Positions 49,179-59,472 of a stretch of DNA of 64,000 nucleotides are shown here, piece after piece. This DNA comes from a virus. Every line of letters starts with the position of its first letter. The stretch's first letter is position 1. A model generated the notes under the pieces. That model was not told where the DNA came from. It saw only the letters and a program-made list of their open reading frames with translations, and searched no databases. The stretch lies in the IMG/VR virus record IMGVR_UViG_3300045988_120604. One strand, 5' to 3'. A program made the translations under genes and the position numbers.

Positions 49179-49376
49179 TTAATCAGCTTTAATGAAAATA
49201 ACATCCTTGTTATCTTGTCTATCAATATGTTCACATGGACCAATAATCATGTCTGTACATGAACAATAATTGTATTTTTCGAATATACACCTATCGCATG
49301 TATCACCTTCCACACATTTTAATCTTACAAGTCCGGCAGTAAATACTTCTCCTACTTTAAATTCCTTCTTTTCCAT
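49179..49376 (-). CDS. Small Cys-rich protein (65 aa; CVEGDTCDRCIFEKYNYCSCTDMIIGPCEH)
   Basis: 8 Cys in 65 aa. Confidence 0.4.
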   Translation of the reverse strand: MEKKEFKVGEVFTAGLVRLKCVEGDTCDRCIFEKYNYCSCTDMIIGPCEHIDRQDNKDVIFIKAD

Positions 49377-49391
49377 ATTCCCTCCTTGTTT

Positions 49392-49994
49392 TTAACTGTT
49401 GTACCCTTCTTTAATAATCGAATTTCTACCGGTAGATACCGACTGGCGAAGATCGTCATGTACAGAATCTACCGTAGAATACTTGTTTCTGGTTGTAAAA
49501 ATCACTTCCAGCATCTCCTTGTAATCACCTAAAGCTACTTCGTATCTCGGATCTACTTTGGCTTTTCTTTCGGCCTCGGCATTACTTTTAGCCAGTTCTC
49601 GGTCGAGGAGGTCTTCTTTGATTCGGTCAGCAATCATATCAAGTTCTTTTTTAATAACTTCTCCTGCTGCCCGAAGTTGACCTTCTACGTCACCAAGCTG
49701 GTCTTGGACGGTTCCTATTTCTTTCTTTAAACGATCGTATTCGTTAATCATACCCATATCACCTGCATATCCGGAAAAGTCCTTGATTATTCTGGTTCCT
49801 TCTTTAAGGAGCTCAATGACTCGTCTTTTACGTTCTCTGCTTATTAAAGACGGAAGACGATAATTCATATCCGCCACCGCCTTATCATGTATGGAGTTGA
49901 TTAAAAACATCTCTCTTTCATCTCCTGCAAACTCAGTAAGAACCAAAAGGAACTTACTTATCAGGTATTCGTTTTCTTCTACTGTCAGTCTCAT
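49392..49994 (-). CDS. Hypothetical protein (likely start MRLTVEE at 49994; the track start at 50147 overlaps DnaB)
   Basis: ORF; the start was adjusted to remove a 140-nt overlap. Confidence 0.5.
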   Translation of the reverse strand: MRLTVEENEYLISKFLLVLTEFAGDEREMFLINSIHDKAVADMNYRLPSLISRERKRRVIELLKEGTRIIKDFSGYAGDMGMINEYDRLKKEIGTVQDQLGDVEGQLRAAGEVIKKELDMIADRIKEDLLDRELAKSNAEAERKAKVDPRYEVALGDYKEMLEVIFTTRNKYSTVDSVHDDLRQSVSTGRNSIIKEGYNS

Positions 49995-50008
49995 GGTTCT
50001 TATTTTTT

Positions 50009-51142
50009 TTAATACAATGACTGTTCTTCTTTTGTCTCTTGTTCTTGTTCCTGATTGTCCGTAACGTCTTCCACAGTATAGAGCTTGGGCGGCGTCGGCG
50101 GCTGGTTGGGGTTCACGAACTTCGTCCCGCCCTCCCCGTACATCCACCCATACCCCGGCAGAATCTCTGGGTGGATTGTATTAGTAAGCTCTTCCATACT
50201 AACTTGCCTTACCTTCAGTATATGATGAAACACCAGTCCGGCTGTCCTGAATGATGTTTTGTTTTCAGTTTTAAACCTATCAAGAGTCTGATACCAATCT
50301 TTCCCAAATATCATATACTTATCCAGCCCGTACCTACGAGGATTGTGCAAACCTATCATTAACGTACATAACTGACCCAGCGTATCAGATTGGTAAAAAT
50401 CAGAAAGACGCGGAGGCTGCTCTTGTGGGCTTTTTATCCTTCCTTCTATCTCTCTGTTGAATTGTGATATGATGAGGAAAAATATGTTTTTATATACTAA
50501 TTTAGCTTCGTTCATAACCGCCACCAAATCATCTATAGCCGACTTAGGATCTAACCCCATTCTTTTTATCAAAGCAATATGATCGACTTTAAATATTATA
50601 AGACGTTTGTCTTTGTGTTTGGTAGCTATATGATACACAGCCGCCTCAAACTCTTTTACCGTACACGGAGCATCGATGTATATTATATTATTCCTGATTT
50701 CACCTTGAAGGATTTCAAACATCCTCATCTCTTCCACTGTATTAGAATCTTGCCTTCTTAATATTTCAGGAGCCCGCTTTTTCATATCCCGGCTCATTCT
50801 ACGAAGAAGAAGATCTTGAGGATTCATTTCGAACTCGCAATTAACAAGAAAATAATCTTCTGCTTGCGGGTTGATCATCGGATTCATCACATTTTCCAAT
50901 ATCTTTTGGGCCACATACGATTTACCTACAGAGGGCCGGGCTCCTATGGCAATAGCATGCTGAGGGAAAATACCTCCAAGCAAAGCCTCATCAATATAAT
51001 CGTATCCGGTTTTAGCGGGGATAAGCTCTCCCCGCCTGTATTTCAAGATATTCTCATACGCCTCTTCCATGACCTGTTTAGAGGTCTTGAATATCCTTCT
51101 TATATCTATCCTATTTGCTATCTCCTCGTGCATTTTTGTCAC
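50009..51142 (-). CDS. DnaB-family replicative helicase (RecA-like C-terminal domain)
   Basis: GYDYIDEALLGGIFPQHAIAIGARPSVGKS (Walker A), IIFKVDHIALIK (H2/Walker B-like), IISQFNRE. Confidence 0.7.
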   Translation of the reverse strand: MTKMHEEIANRIDIRRIFKTSKQVMEEAYENILKYRRGELIPAKTGYDYIDEALLGGIFPQHAIAIGARPSVGKSYVAQKILENVMNPMINPQAEDYFLVNCEFEMNPQDLLLRRMSRDMKKRAPEILRRQDSNTVEEMRMFEILQGEIRNNIIYIDAPCTVKEFEAAVYHIATKHKDKRLIIFKVDHIALIKRMGLDPKSAIDDLVAVMNEAKLVYKNIFFLIISQFNREIEGRIKSPQEQPPRLSDFYQSDTLGQLCTLMIGLHNPRRYGLDKYMIFGKDWYQTLDRFKTENKTSFRTAGLVFHHILKVRQVSMEELTNTIHPEILPGYGWMYGEGGTKFVNPNQPPTPPKLYTVEDVTDNQEQEQETKEEQSLY

Positions 51143-51431
51143 CTTTTGTATCCGATTTGGATCCCCTATTGGCTTTTACTGATTTATACCTAAGACCGTT
51201 CTTGGTATGAGAACAATCCTTGCCTTTTCTCCAGCCCTTACCCTTCTTCTTGTCCGTTTCGTAGTTTTTACGACCAAGCTCCCGGCGTTTGGCTTTCTGT
51301 TCCGGTCTGGCATTTATCTCCTTGTCTTTTTTAGCCTTTTTCTTCCTGGCTTCGGGATGAGTCCTGTAGTACTCTGTTGATCTGCCCATCTTCTTACATT
51401 TTTTGATTGATAATAGCACAAAGATAGGCAA
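51111..51431 (-). CDS. Very basic Lys/Arg-rich small protein (106 aa); possible DNA-binding protein
   Basis: About 40% K/R. Overlaps the DnaB start by ~30 nt. Confidence 0.35.
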   Translation of the reverse strand: MPIFVLLSIKKCKKMGRSTEYYRTHPEARKKKAKKDKEINARPEQKAKRRELGRKNYETDKKKGKGWRKGKDCSHTKNGLRYKSVKANRGSKSDTKGDKNARGDSK

Positions 51432-51439
51432 TTCTCGCC

Positions 51440-52006
51440 CTATTTCAACCTGCCGTAACTCATATCAGGATCACACCAGACATACCCGTCTTTCTCATCA
51501 TGAAGATACTCAGGACATCCTCTACATGCGCTACTTCCTGACACTATTTGATTGTTTTTATTAGGGCACTTATCTCCAGGTTTATGCCATTCTATTCTCG
51601 AACCTGATCGCTCTTTGTTTACATGACAGAACTGAAAGATTTTCCCCATCGTCTTCTCGCCGAACATACCTATATGTGTGTACTCTTCCGGTATAGAGAG
51701 AAATTCAGATAACTCTTTATACATCCTTTCCCGTTCCTCTGGCGTAGACCATAGTCTATCAAGTTCGGCATGGACTCTTATCTTAAGAGACCTCAGTGAT
51801 GCCCCCGCAAGCCGGCCTTTAGCTTTTCCCTTATTCGGCCCTGATTCATGAACACCGACATAAGCATTGCATGGTTTGCACATCATAACCATACCTAAGC
51901 CTTTTCTGCTATATATTTTATCGGCGTTGACCAGCTCGGTTTCCCTTCCGCAATAAGGACAAATTTCGCCTCTTAAAACCCGTTGTTGGAGCTCATTAAG
52001 TTCCAT
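51440..52006 (-). CDS. Zinc-ribbon protein (188 aa)
   Basis: CPYCG...CKPCNAYVGVH plus CRGCPEY. Confidence 0.5.
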   Translation of the reverse strand: MELNELQQRVLRGEICPYCGRETELVNADKIYSRKGLGMVMMCKPCNAYVGVHESGPNKGKAKGRLAGASLRSLKIRVHAELDRLWSTPEERERMYKELSEFLSIPEEYTHIGMFGEKTMGKIFQFCHVNKERSGSRIEWHKPGDKCPNKNNQIVSGSSACRGCPEYLHDEKDGYVWCDPDMSYGRLK

Positions 52007-52248
52007 ACCCTATTCTTTTGTTTTTCTTTAAACTTTTCATACAAACTGCTTTCAGTTTCCATTTCTGAGATCTCTACCTCTACGTCCTCTCTTTTGAAAA
52101 TTACTTTCTTGGCTGTCGGATACGCACATTTAGAGATACGAATAGCATTACGAATAGCGTAAACAAAATACGTTTCTGGCGACGATTCAATCACCACTAC
52201 CTCGTTTAAAGTGTTTTTGTAATTTTCCATATTATCTACTTGCTTCAA
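51973..52248 (-). CDS. Hypothetical protein (91 aa)
   Basis: ORF. Confidence 0.45.
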   Translation of the reverse strand: MKQVDNMENYKNTLNEVVVIESSPETYFVYAIRNAIRISKCAYPTAKKVIFKREDVEVEISEMETESSLYEKFKEKQKNRVWNLMSSNNGF

Positions 52249-52582
52249 TTATATAACCCGGATGATCTTCACACGCCTCTTTATATTCGATAAGAAACTT
52301 AAGAAATGAATCATAAGACCCCCATTCGTTTTCCGGCTCGTATCTCAAAAGACTTTTTCTCTTAGAGATCATAATACATATGCCTTTTGTAAGTACATTC
52401 TTCATCTCATCGGTATCTATTTCCCTACCCAATTCTTCTGGTCTCCAAACATAATCGTACAGCGTTTCTTTATTTTCTGATACGAATATTCTTTGTGCCA
52501 TCTTGTTCATGTTGTGGGTGATGTTCGCAACCCATTCACGATCTTCTTTCTTCTTGTTCTTAATATAAACATCCAGGCTCAT
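52232..52582 (-). CDS. Hypothetical protein (116 aa)
   Basis: ORF. Confidence 0.5.
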   Translation of the reverse strand: MSLDVYIKNKKKEDREWVANITHNMNKMAQRIFVSENKETLYDYVWRPEELGREIDTDEMKNVLTKGICIMISKRKSLLRYEPENEWGSYDSFLKFLIEYKEACEDHPGYIIEASR

Positions 52583-53573
52583 GATATTTTTCTTTTACCT
52601 TGTTATTGATTATCAAATCTGCCACATCATCTCCGTCTCCTACATTTTCAACATTTTGAAGATAGTTCGATACTTTTATCCTTGACTTCATCATCATCCC
52701 ATCTATCTTTTTACTCCATGTCTCAAATGCTTGTCCTTTGTCCGGAAAAGCTACGGTCTTTCTATCTTTTAAAACATCTATCACTTCCGGTCTTAGATTC
52801 TGCAACCCACCGGTAGCTACAAATAACTCATCCGGTTTATTCACAGCGCATATAATAGCCGTCTTTTCTGATTCCACCAAATTAACCACCTTATCCGGAT
52901 ATTGGCTTAGAAGATGTTCTCCGAACAGGCATTGTCTAAACAAGAAGTCTCTTGCATGCAACGAGTGATAAAACATAACATGAGGCCGCTCATTGTCACC
53001 GTCTTTTTCTTTCACTCTTTTTACATCAATCTCATTCCCCTGGCTGTCGGTCTTTATATAAAAGTCCATGATCTTGCCGGTTCTACATACAAAATCTTTG
53101 TCTATCTGCCAGAATATACAACACCCTTTCCATCCCCATAAGTCCATTGTTCCGACATGATACCTTCTGAACACATCAGATACCCTTTCTTTTCCCCATA
53201 GAGACGATAAAAATCTAAATACGGTGTTTCTATCGTCTGGAACCACAGTCCTCTCAAACTCGCTAAAAGGTATGTAATTTACAACGTCAGGATTTACAGG
53301 AGGACGATAAGCTCTTATACACTTGTTTCCCGAGATCCAAAGATCTTTGTCACCTACATCCTTACCAGTAGGTCGTTTATCGTAACCGCAAGTCCGTTCA
53401 TGATCGCATCTTCCGAACTCGTTGCCAACAACCTGGCCTGTTGCCACATCAATATAAGGGGTGAGACACCGGCTTCTCCCGCAAGCTGGGCAGGTTAGCT
53501 TCAGTCGGCTCCTTCCGGGCCTGCGGTCAAGTTGAAACCGGGGTACGTTTTCGTATCTTCTGAAATCAAGCAT
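52560..53573 (-). CDS. DNA primase (N-terminal zinc ribbon plus TOPRIM domain)
   Basis: TCPACGRSRC...CDHERTCGY zinc ribbon. TOPRIM-like LVESEKTAIICAV...FVATGGLQNL...AFPDKGQAFETW. Confidence 0.55.
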   Translation of the reverse strand: MLDFRRYENVPRFQLDRRPGRSRLKLTCPACGRSRCLTPYIDVATGQVVGNEFGRCDHERTCGYDKRPTGKDVGDKDLWISGNKCIRAYRPPVNPDVVNYIPFSEFERTVVPDDRNTVFRFLSSLWGKERVSDVFRRYHVGTMDLWGWKGCCIFWQIDKDFVCRTGKIMDFYIKTDSQGNEIDVKRVKEKDGDNERPHVMFYHSLHARDFLFRQCLFGEHLLSQYPDKVVNLVESEKTAIICAVNKPDELFVATGGLQNLRPEVIDVLKDRKTVAFPDKGQAFETWSKKIDGMMMKSRIKVSNYLQNVENVGDGDDVADLIINNKVKEKYHEPGCLY

Positions 53574-53916
53574 TTTTAACTCCTCTCATTGCTTCTATGA
53601 TTCTATCCGCTATAGTTATAGACCATGACACCACATCTGGTATATATACTCCGCAATCTATTTCTCCTTTTCTATCTTGCATTTTAATGAACTCAATAGA
53701 ATAAGCCTTAACAAGATCGAATCTACGTTGTTCCCAGTCTACATCTTTGTTCTCATCATCCACAGGAAGGGTATCGAGATAATAATTTAAACTCTCATTT
53801 ATCACACTTCCGTTGCTGTCATAGAATTGTATTTTGTCATAGTCTCTTCTTATAGTTGAACCATTGAAGGTGATTACGTCTATTATCTCCCCGGTTCTTC
53901 TAATTTTTCTTTTCAT
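53566..53916 (-). CDS. Hypothetical protein (116 aa)
   Basis: ORF. Confidence 0.5.
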   Translation of the reverse strand: MKRKIRRTGEIIDVITFNGSTIRRDYDKIQFYDSNGSVINESLNYYLDTLPVDDENKDVDWEQRRFDLVKAYSIEFIKMQDRKGEIDCGVYIPDVVSWSITIADRIIEAMRGVKNA

Positions 53917-54146
53917 ACTCTTCTTGTGTTTCTAACCAGTATAGGCATTGTCACATTAACAGTCTTGCCATATTTCTCGTAAGATGTGAGTATGCATATT
54001 GCATACTTATCCCCTATTTTCAAATCTTTCGATAATCTTAATCTTGAACCCCTTTTGATGTTAATAAAATAATCACCAAAAGGATTGATACATATCGGTT
54101 TTACGATTTCCACATAATCTCCTTTAGGAATAACAATATCACTCAT
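53913..54146 (-). CDS. Hypothetical protein (77 aa)
   Basis: ORF. Confidence 0.45.
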   Translation of the reverse strand: MSDIVIPKGDYVEIVKPICINPFGDYFINIKRGSRLRLSKDLKIGDKYAICILTSYEKYGKTVNVTMPILVRNTRRV

Positions 54147-55459
54147 ATTACGAATCTTTTAGACATTTCCTCAGCAATATCATATACGACAATATGATCC
54201 TCTTCATTGTACGGCTTATTGATATTCAGCACTCCTTTTCTCACTTTAAACCTCTTATCTTTTCTGATATGATTCAACATCCCTTGTTGGAACACACAGT
54301 CCGCTTTCTCCATAGCAGCATTTTTATCAGACCATTCTTTTAGCGTATAACCTTTACTGTTCGTGCTTTTTGGAGAAAAATTCATAATACGTGCATCAAT
54401 TCCGTACCAGTTTTTAACCATTCTCCTTTCAGCCTCCAATTGAAAAGCATGTTCATTTCGTATGTCACCTGATTTAAAATCTAAGATAACAATCTCTTCT
54501 TTCTCCACTTCTCTTACTTCCTTCTTCGGATCTCCTTTTTTGAACTGCCCCGTAGCCCTTTGATACACGGCTCCAAAATAACCTTCTTCTTTGTATTTGA
54601 ATGTCATTTTAACCATCGCATCTATCGGCGTAGCTACCAAATAATCTTCTAATGACAATATTCTTTCAATCATCATCGGCTTAACCTTATACTCCGAACA
54701 AAACTTAGCAAACTTCATAACTCTGACAATCATATCGTCAAGATCATCTATGCTACCAAAGAATTTGTCAAGATTCTTTTTTGATATTTTAAGCTTGCCT
54801 TCTTGCACTGTCTTAACTATAAAACTTCGATTTAAGACCATATCTCTACCTGTCAAGTACAATCCATATAGGTAGTGCATGATCGTTCCTTTATCTGCAT
54901 CATATTCTGATACTTCTTCCGGGTTGCGACCAATCATCCTCATCTCCTGTCTCCATTCTTGAAGAGCCGTCTTGTCATCTACGAATCCGTCTCTTATCAT
55001 GGTTGTTACCGAAGCATATATCTTGGCTGTCCCATCGTCCATCTTTCTTACATAAAAACGATTACCGTCTAATGTCAATCTTACGAACTTGGGAGTCTCG
55101 ATCTTCTTTAACTCATCACAGATATAAAACGGCTCTAACGTTTCCTGATTTTCTGTAAACAGATTCGAATCCTCTTCTCCAGGGTTAGGAGCGGCTTCCT
55201 CCGCCGGAGCTTTCGGTTCCTCCTTCTGGGCCTGCTCTGTCTCAGGCGCCGGCTCTTTAACTACTGGAGCCTGTCCGCCTCTTTCTGCTATGTCTTTATT
55301 CTTTATCAAAGACATAACTTCTTTTTTTAACTGCTCCGGTGTTTGATTGGGATCTGATACCGACATCACAACATCGTTCATTCTAAACAACGTATTTCCT
55401 TCTCCTTCCACCATAGGCACAAACCCTAAATCTGTCAATATTTTTATTTTCTCTTTCAT
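54143..55459 (-). CDS. Protein with an acidic Pro/Ala/Glu-rich N-terminal linker and a possible PD-(D/E)XK nuclease-like core
   Basis: EIVILDFKSGD...QLEAERRM gives a D-x-K followed by an acidic pair. Weak. Confidence 0.3.
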   Translation of the reverse strand: MKEKIKILTDLGFVPMVEGEGNTLFRMNDVVMSVSDPNQTPEQLKKEVMSLIKNKDIAERGGQAPVVKEPAPETEQAQKEEPKAPAEEAAPNPGEEDSNLFTENQETLEPFYICDELKKIETPKFVRLTLDGNRFYVRKMDDGTAKIYASVTTMIRDGFVDDKTALQEWRQEMRMIGRNPEEVSEYDADKGTIMHYLYGLYLTGRDMVLNRSFIVKTVQEGKLKISKKNLDKFFGSIDDLDDMIVRVMKFAKFCSEYKVKPMMIERILSLEDYLVATPIDAMVKMTFKYKEEGYFGAVYQRATGQFKKGDPKKEVREVEKEEIVILDFKSGDIRNEHAFQLEAERRMVKNWYGIDARIMNFSPKSTNSKGYTLKEWSDKNAAMEKADCVFQQGMLNHIRKDKRFKVRKGVLNINKPYNEEDHIVVYDIAEEMSKRFVI

Positions 55460-55619
55460 GATCTTCCTCTAATCAATTCTTCTTTAATACAATGTAACAC
55501 TGTTTCCACTTCATCTTTATCTCTATCTTTCACTGCGATAGCTATATCCTTACCATAACTCTCTCTCTCTCTGTATGTGAGCATAAAAGATAGTTTCATC
55601 GTCAGCTTCTATTCTTATT

Positions 55620-56144
55620 TTATAAAGTTTTCTCATATCTGTCAATTATTTCAATAATTAATCTACCTCTTTCTTTAATCATTCCCCTGCTTTCCATATC
55701 CAGTACCTTCTTTACCGCATACTTCCACACGAAAGGAAATTCTGTTTCAAGTTTATCAAATTCCATCCGGTCAAGATACATGTCGAATACCGTATGCTCT
55801 GATTCATGAAGGAAAACTATATTATCCCTGCAAGTAGCAACCGACTTATATATCCTTTTCGGAAGTATGTGACAGACGTTACATACTGTAGGAAAATGAA
55901 TAGCCTTACCAGTCATAGACATTCGAATGCTACCCAACTCCTCCAACATAAGACGAAAGAACCCGGATAAATCCGGGTTCTCTAACTTTTTCTTCTTGCT
56001 GCTGTTTTTAATGGATGTAATTCTGTTTTTTTTCTTCGGAGTCAACTCTTTGCTCCTGCAAGCCTGGCATAAGCCATGACTTCTTATCATCACTTTTCGT
56101 CCGCATCGTTCGCAGACGTATAGCTTCTTTTCCTTGCTTTCCAT
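55620..56144 (-). CDS. Zn-finger protein, possibly NinG/Rap-like
   Basis: N-terminal CERCG...CQAC, a basic linker (KKKNRITSIKNSSKKKK), then CNVCH...H..H. The arrangement is reminiscent of lambda NinG. Confidence 0.3.
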   Translation of the reverse strand: MESKEKKLYVCERCGRKVMIRSHGLCQACRSKELTPKKKNRITSIKNSSKKKKLENPDLSGFFRLMLEELGSIRMSMTGKAIHFPTVCNVCHILPKRIYKSVATCRDNIVFLHESEHTVFDMYLDRMEFDKLETEFPFVWKYAVKKVLDMESRGMIKERGRLIIEIIDRYEKTL

Positions 56145-56329
56145 TCGAATAATAATGATATTATTGAAAAGAACAATCCCGCTGAAGCCAGTAGATAAGG
56201 TACGTTCATTAATAATTTAGATACCTCGTCTGTCTTAATCACTATCAGAAGGAAAGCGCCTGCTGAAAGCAATGATATTATCGCCACAACAAGCGCTATG
56301 TTGGAAACTACATCAGCCTTACTCTTCAC
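56090..56329 (-). CDS. Small membrane protein (79 aa)
   Basis: Two hydrophobic helices. Confidence 0.4.
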   Translation of the reverse strand: MKSKADVVSNIALVVAIISLLSAGAFLLIVIKTDEVSKLLMNVPYLLASAGLFFSIISLLFEWKARKRSYTSANDADEK

Positions 56330-56789
56330 TCTTCTTCTCGCCTAATTTTTCAGCTCCCTTCTGAAGATCATATTTGAATACGTCAATGATCTTCGTTTCA
56401 GCAATAGCTTCGCAATTCCAGTCGCCCAACGTACCCTGCATGCCTTTAGTCAACACAGCTTCGGCATCCTTGGGATTGCCGGCCTGGACATACATATAGC
56501 ATGGTGTTTTCTTTTCTTTACCTTTCTTTTCATCCAGTGTAATGTAATTCACCTTACACTTATACCAGTACTCAGCTTCTCCGTTGAAGAAGATTTCCGA
56601 CACTTTAATAGGATTAATTTTTACAACCTCGAAAGAATTGTACAAATCCTTAAAGATCTCCAACGATCTTGATTCTGCCTCTGTGTAAGACAAGGCATCT
56701 ACCAAATACTTTTCAGTTACTTTCTTTTTTTTGCCGTTCTCGATATTATCAATCTCGGCTTTTACTGTGATTTCAAACCAACGATTCAT
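56319..56789 (-). CDS. Hypothetical protein (likely ATG start MNRWFEI at 56789)
   Basis: ORF. Confidence 0.5.
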   Translation of the reverse strand: MNRWFEITVKAEIDNIENGKKKKVTEKYLVDALSYTEAESRSLEIFKDLYNSFEVVKINPIKVSEIFFNGEAEYWYKCKVNYITLDEKKGKEKKTPCYMYVQAGNPKDAEAVLTKGMQGTLGDWNCEAIAETKIIDVFKYDLQKGAEKLGEKKSEE

Positions 56790-57120
56790 GTCTATATTTT
56801 TATTCAAATTAATCAATCCATTTCCTTTTGTACCATAAAGCGTTTACACCTTGATTATTTACTATCGTGGCCACGAAATACTTACACCCCTCTAAGTGCG
56901 TCAGGGCTTCAATCATAGCTTCTTTTATCTCTTTTTCTTCCATTCTGTTTGTTTTTTTGGACAAAGATATGCCTTTTGATAATAAAAAAGATTCAAAATG
57001 ATTTAATTTAGCTTAATTACTGCTCTTTTGATTCGTCCGGTATAGGCATGTCAAACTTTTTTCTGATAAACGACTCTGTTTCTTCGTTGAATGGATAGGC
57101 CTCCTTGATAAAATTCATAG

Positions 57121-57216
57121 CTACCTCCATGTCACAATACGACCTGCTATTTCCCCTATGTTTATTTTTTTCGCCGTTTCTAAATCAAACGGGATTGTTA
57201 CCATTTTCTGTTCCAT
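57121..57216 (-). pseudogene. 31-aa fragment paralogous to the N-terminus of the adjacent gene 57221..57961 (MEQKMVTIPFDLETAKKINIGEI vs MENAIIVPFDLNTARKIKSGEI)
   Basis: Direct protein-level similarity; a truncated duplicate. Confidence 0.4.
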
Positions 57217-57220
57217 AATT

Positions 57221-57961
57221 TTATTTGTTTTTATTAGTTCCTAAAAGATATTCGTTCCCTTCGTATGGGATACACTGACTAAATCCTATCCCTCCTAAGC
57301 ATTCGTATTTATTATCTCCTACTGATTCTCTGGAAAATAGATGCAATTTCCACCTCTCTTGGTTAGTTCTTCTCACCAGCACTCGTTCAAATGGTTTGAA
57401 GTCATATTTCGGCATCTCATCTAATAGATACTCATATTCACTTAAATATCGTTTTATTATATCTATTTTTCTACTGTCTTCGGCTTTTATAATCTTTTCT
57501 GCTAAAAATTTCTTCTCTTCTTCTATAGCCTTTCTTACATACCGATTTTTATCTCCGTTATACACATTAGTCCATGTTTTGATATAATCAAACACAATAT
57601 CTCCAGATGTTACCATTCCACATATACTTCCCATTACCCCTTTGGTAATAAGTCCATCATATATGAATTGATATCCATTAGCGCTTGTTAATACATCTCC
57701 TTTCTTGAAATACGCTCCAGCCTCTACCCTCAATCCCAGAGTGGTGCCGCCAATAATACAACCTTCCGTGTTGGCATATATAGCACTTATCCCATATCCA
57801 TCTTTTTTTACAAAAAGCAAATTATAAGGACCTGCACAGTCTTTCGACTCATATACAAATTCTATTTCAATATTATCAATTAATACCGAACCTTCTATTT
57901 CTCCGCTTTTAATTTTTCTCGCCGTATTTAAATCAAACGGAACAATAATTGCATTTTCCAT
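57221..57961 (-). CDS. Hypothetical protein (likely start MENAIIVPFD)
   Basis: ORF. Confidence 0.55.
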   Translation of the reverse strand: MENAIIVPFDLNTARKIKSGEIEGSVLIDNIEIEFVYESKDCAGPYNLLFVKKDGYGISAIYANTEGCIIGGTTLGLRVEAGAYFKKGDVLTSANGYQFIYDGLITKGVMGSICGMVTSGDIVFDYIKTWTNVYNGDKNRYVRKAIEEEKKFLAEKIIKAEDSRKIDIIKRYLSEYEYLLDEMPKYDFKPFERVLVRRTNQERWKLHLFSRESVGDNKYECLGGIGFSQCIPYEGNEYLLGTNKNK

Positions 57962-57990
57962 ATTTTTCTTGTTTTTAGTTGTTATAAAAT

Positions 57991-59052
57991 TTAAACCCAT
58001 CCCAGTTGTTTTGCTATTCTCTCCATTTCGTTATATGCTATCCTATGACATCCAGCGGTTAGCAAATCGTTTTCGTACCGATTTAGACTCCACTGGTGAC
58101 CGGTGATGTCCTCCACCAGACCGTGCCGAAACTCGGCGCCCCGGTGCATTGCCGACACAGCCCGCCACAGTTTTCTGGCTTCTGCTATTCCAATCTTTAT
58201 CTGTTTACTTGTCTCAATAATATTTCCTTTTATACGAATCCAGGCGTTAGGTTTTTCACTAGGAATATAGAAAGGTGTATTCAAGAAATTGATTTCTCCT
58301 GACTTCCACTCTTCCAGTTTTTCATCAAAATCCTTGTAACGGGCTTCTTCTTCCTTTCTTAATCTCTCTAATTTTATTCTTTCTCTTTCTTCCTCACCCT
58401 TTCTCCATCTTTCAGATCTTTCTGAATACTTAATCCATGTACCTTCCCCGCAAACTTCATCAACAATCACATTTACGGTCCCTAACACTTTTAATCCTTG
58501 ATGATCTAATAAAATTTGAAAGATGCGTTTTAATTCATGTACGTGCTTACGCTTGATACTATCTCCGCTCTTGGATAATTCATGATTGGTTCCAAGCCAA
58601 TCATTAGCACTCTTTTTAAGGATACTCTTAGCAGTCCCCATGTTAAAGAACTGAATGTAATCCATCATATTCCCAAAAGCGCCCCAAATATCTGTATAAG
58701 ATAATTCTGTTTTAGCTCTTTTGTATTTTTCAATAGACTTCTTAATTGATTCCAGTTTGCTGGCAACAAACCTCATATTACCAGTATCCGATATATTATC
58801 CCCTACACTGAAAACCATTGCCCAAGTTGGTATCGCATTACGAACATAGCATTGATGTTTGCTCGTGGTAGCAGAATAATAATCTTCATTTATCAGGTAT
58901 GCTTTCTTCCCTTGTTTGTTTTTTACTATTCTCCCGACTTCAAAGTGATGCCCATAAGAATAAATACTTGTACCTTCAAAGAAGAAATTGCTCCCTGATG
59001 CTGATTCTCCTTGTTCATGAGCCCACAAGTGAGCGACCATTGAATTGTTCAT
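57991..59052 (-). CDS. Hypothetical protein (353 aa)
   Basis: ORF. Confidence 0.55.
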   Translation of the reverse strand: MNNSMVAHLWAHEQGESASGSNFFFEGTSIYSYGHHFEVGRIVKNKQGKKAYLINEDYYSATTSKHQCYVRNAIPTWAMVFSVGDNISDTGNMRFVASKLESIKKSIEKYKRAKTELSYTDIWGAFGNMMDYIQFFNMGTAKSILKKSANDWLGTNHELSKSGDSIKRKHVHELKRIFQILLDHQGLKVLGTVNVIVDEVCGEGTWIKYSERSERWRKGEEERERIKLERLRKEEEARYKDFDEKLEEWKSGEINFLNTPFYIPSEKPNAWIRIKGNIIETSKQIKIGIAEARKLWRAVSAMHRGAEFRHGLVEDITGHQWSLNRYENDLLTAGCHRIAYNEMERIAKQLGWV

Positions 59053-59064
59053 ATAAATATCTTT

Positions 59065-59472
59065 TTAATTGTTTAACTTACCTTTATCATATGACATTCT
59101 CTTTTCGTATTTTTCAATACGTTCGGTTATCATATCGCAGAAGACTTGCCCCTCTTTTTCGGAACCTCTGAAGTAACCAACCATCTTCAGAATATTTCCG
59201 TCAAATTCATGGACAAACTTGTTATAATAATGTTCACCCATTACCCGTCCGTATTTTTCTACGAACAAATCCTTGTCCAGTGATTCATCCTTAAAGCAAC
59301 GGTTGTAATCCCATCTTACGATACGAAACAATGTTTCAAAATTCAATCTTTCCATATCTTGTATTTTATAGATTTCCTCACATTCTTCATCCGTTAATCC
59401 AGTGTAATCATCATTGATTAACGGACAAGCCCAACAAGATAGCAACCTGTATCTTATTACTTTTATGCTCAT
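59065..59472 (-). CDS. Hypothetical protein (135 aa)
   Basis: ORF. Confidence 0.5.
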   Translation of the reverse strand: MSIKVIRYRLLSCWACPLINDDYTGLTDEECEEIYKIQDMERLNFETLFRIVRWDYNRCFKDESLDKDLFVEKYGRVMGEHYYNKFVHEFDGNILKMVGYFRGSEKEGQVFCDMITERIEKYEKRMSYDKGKLNN

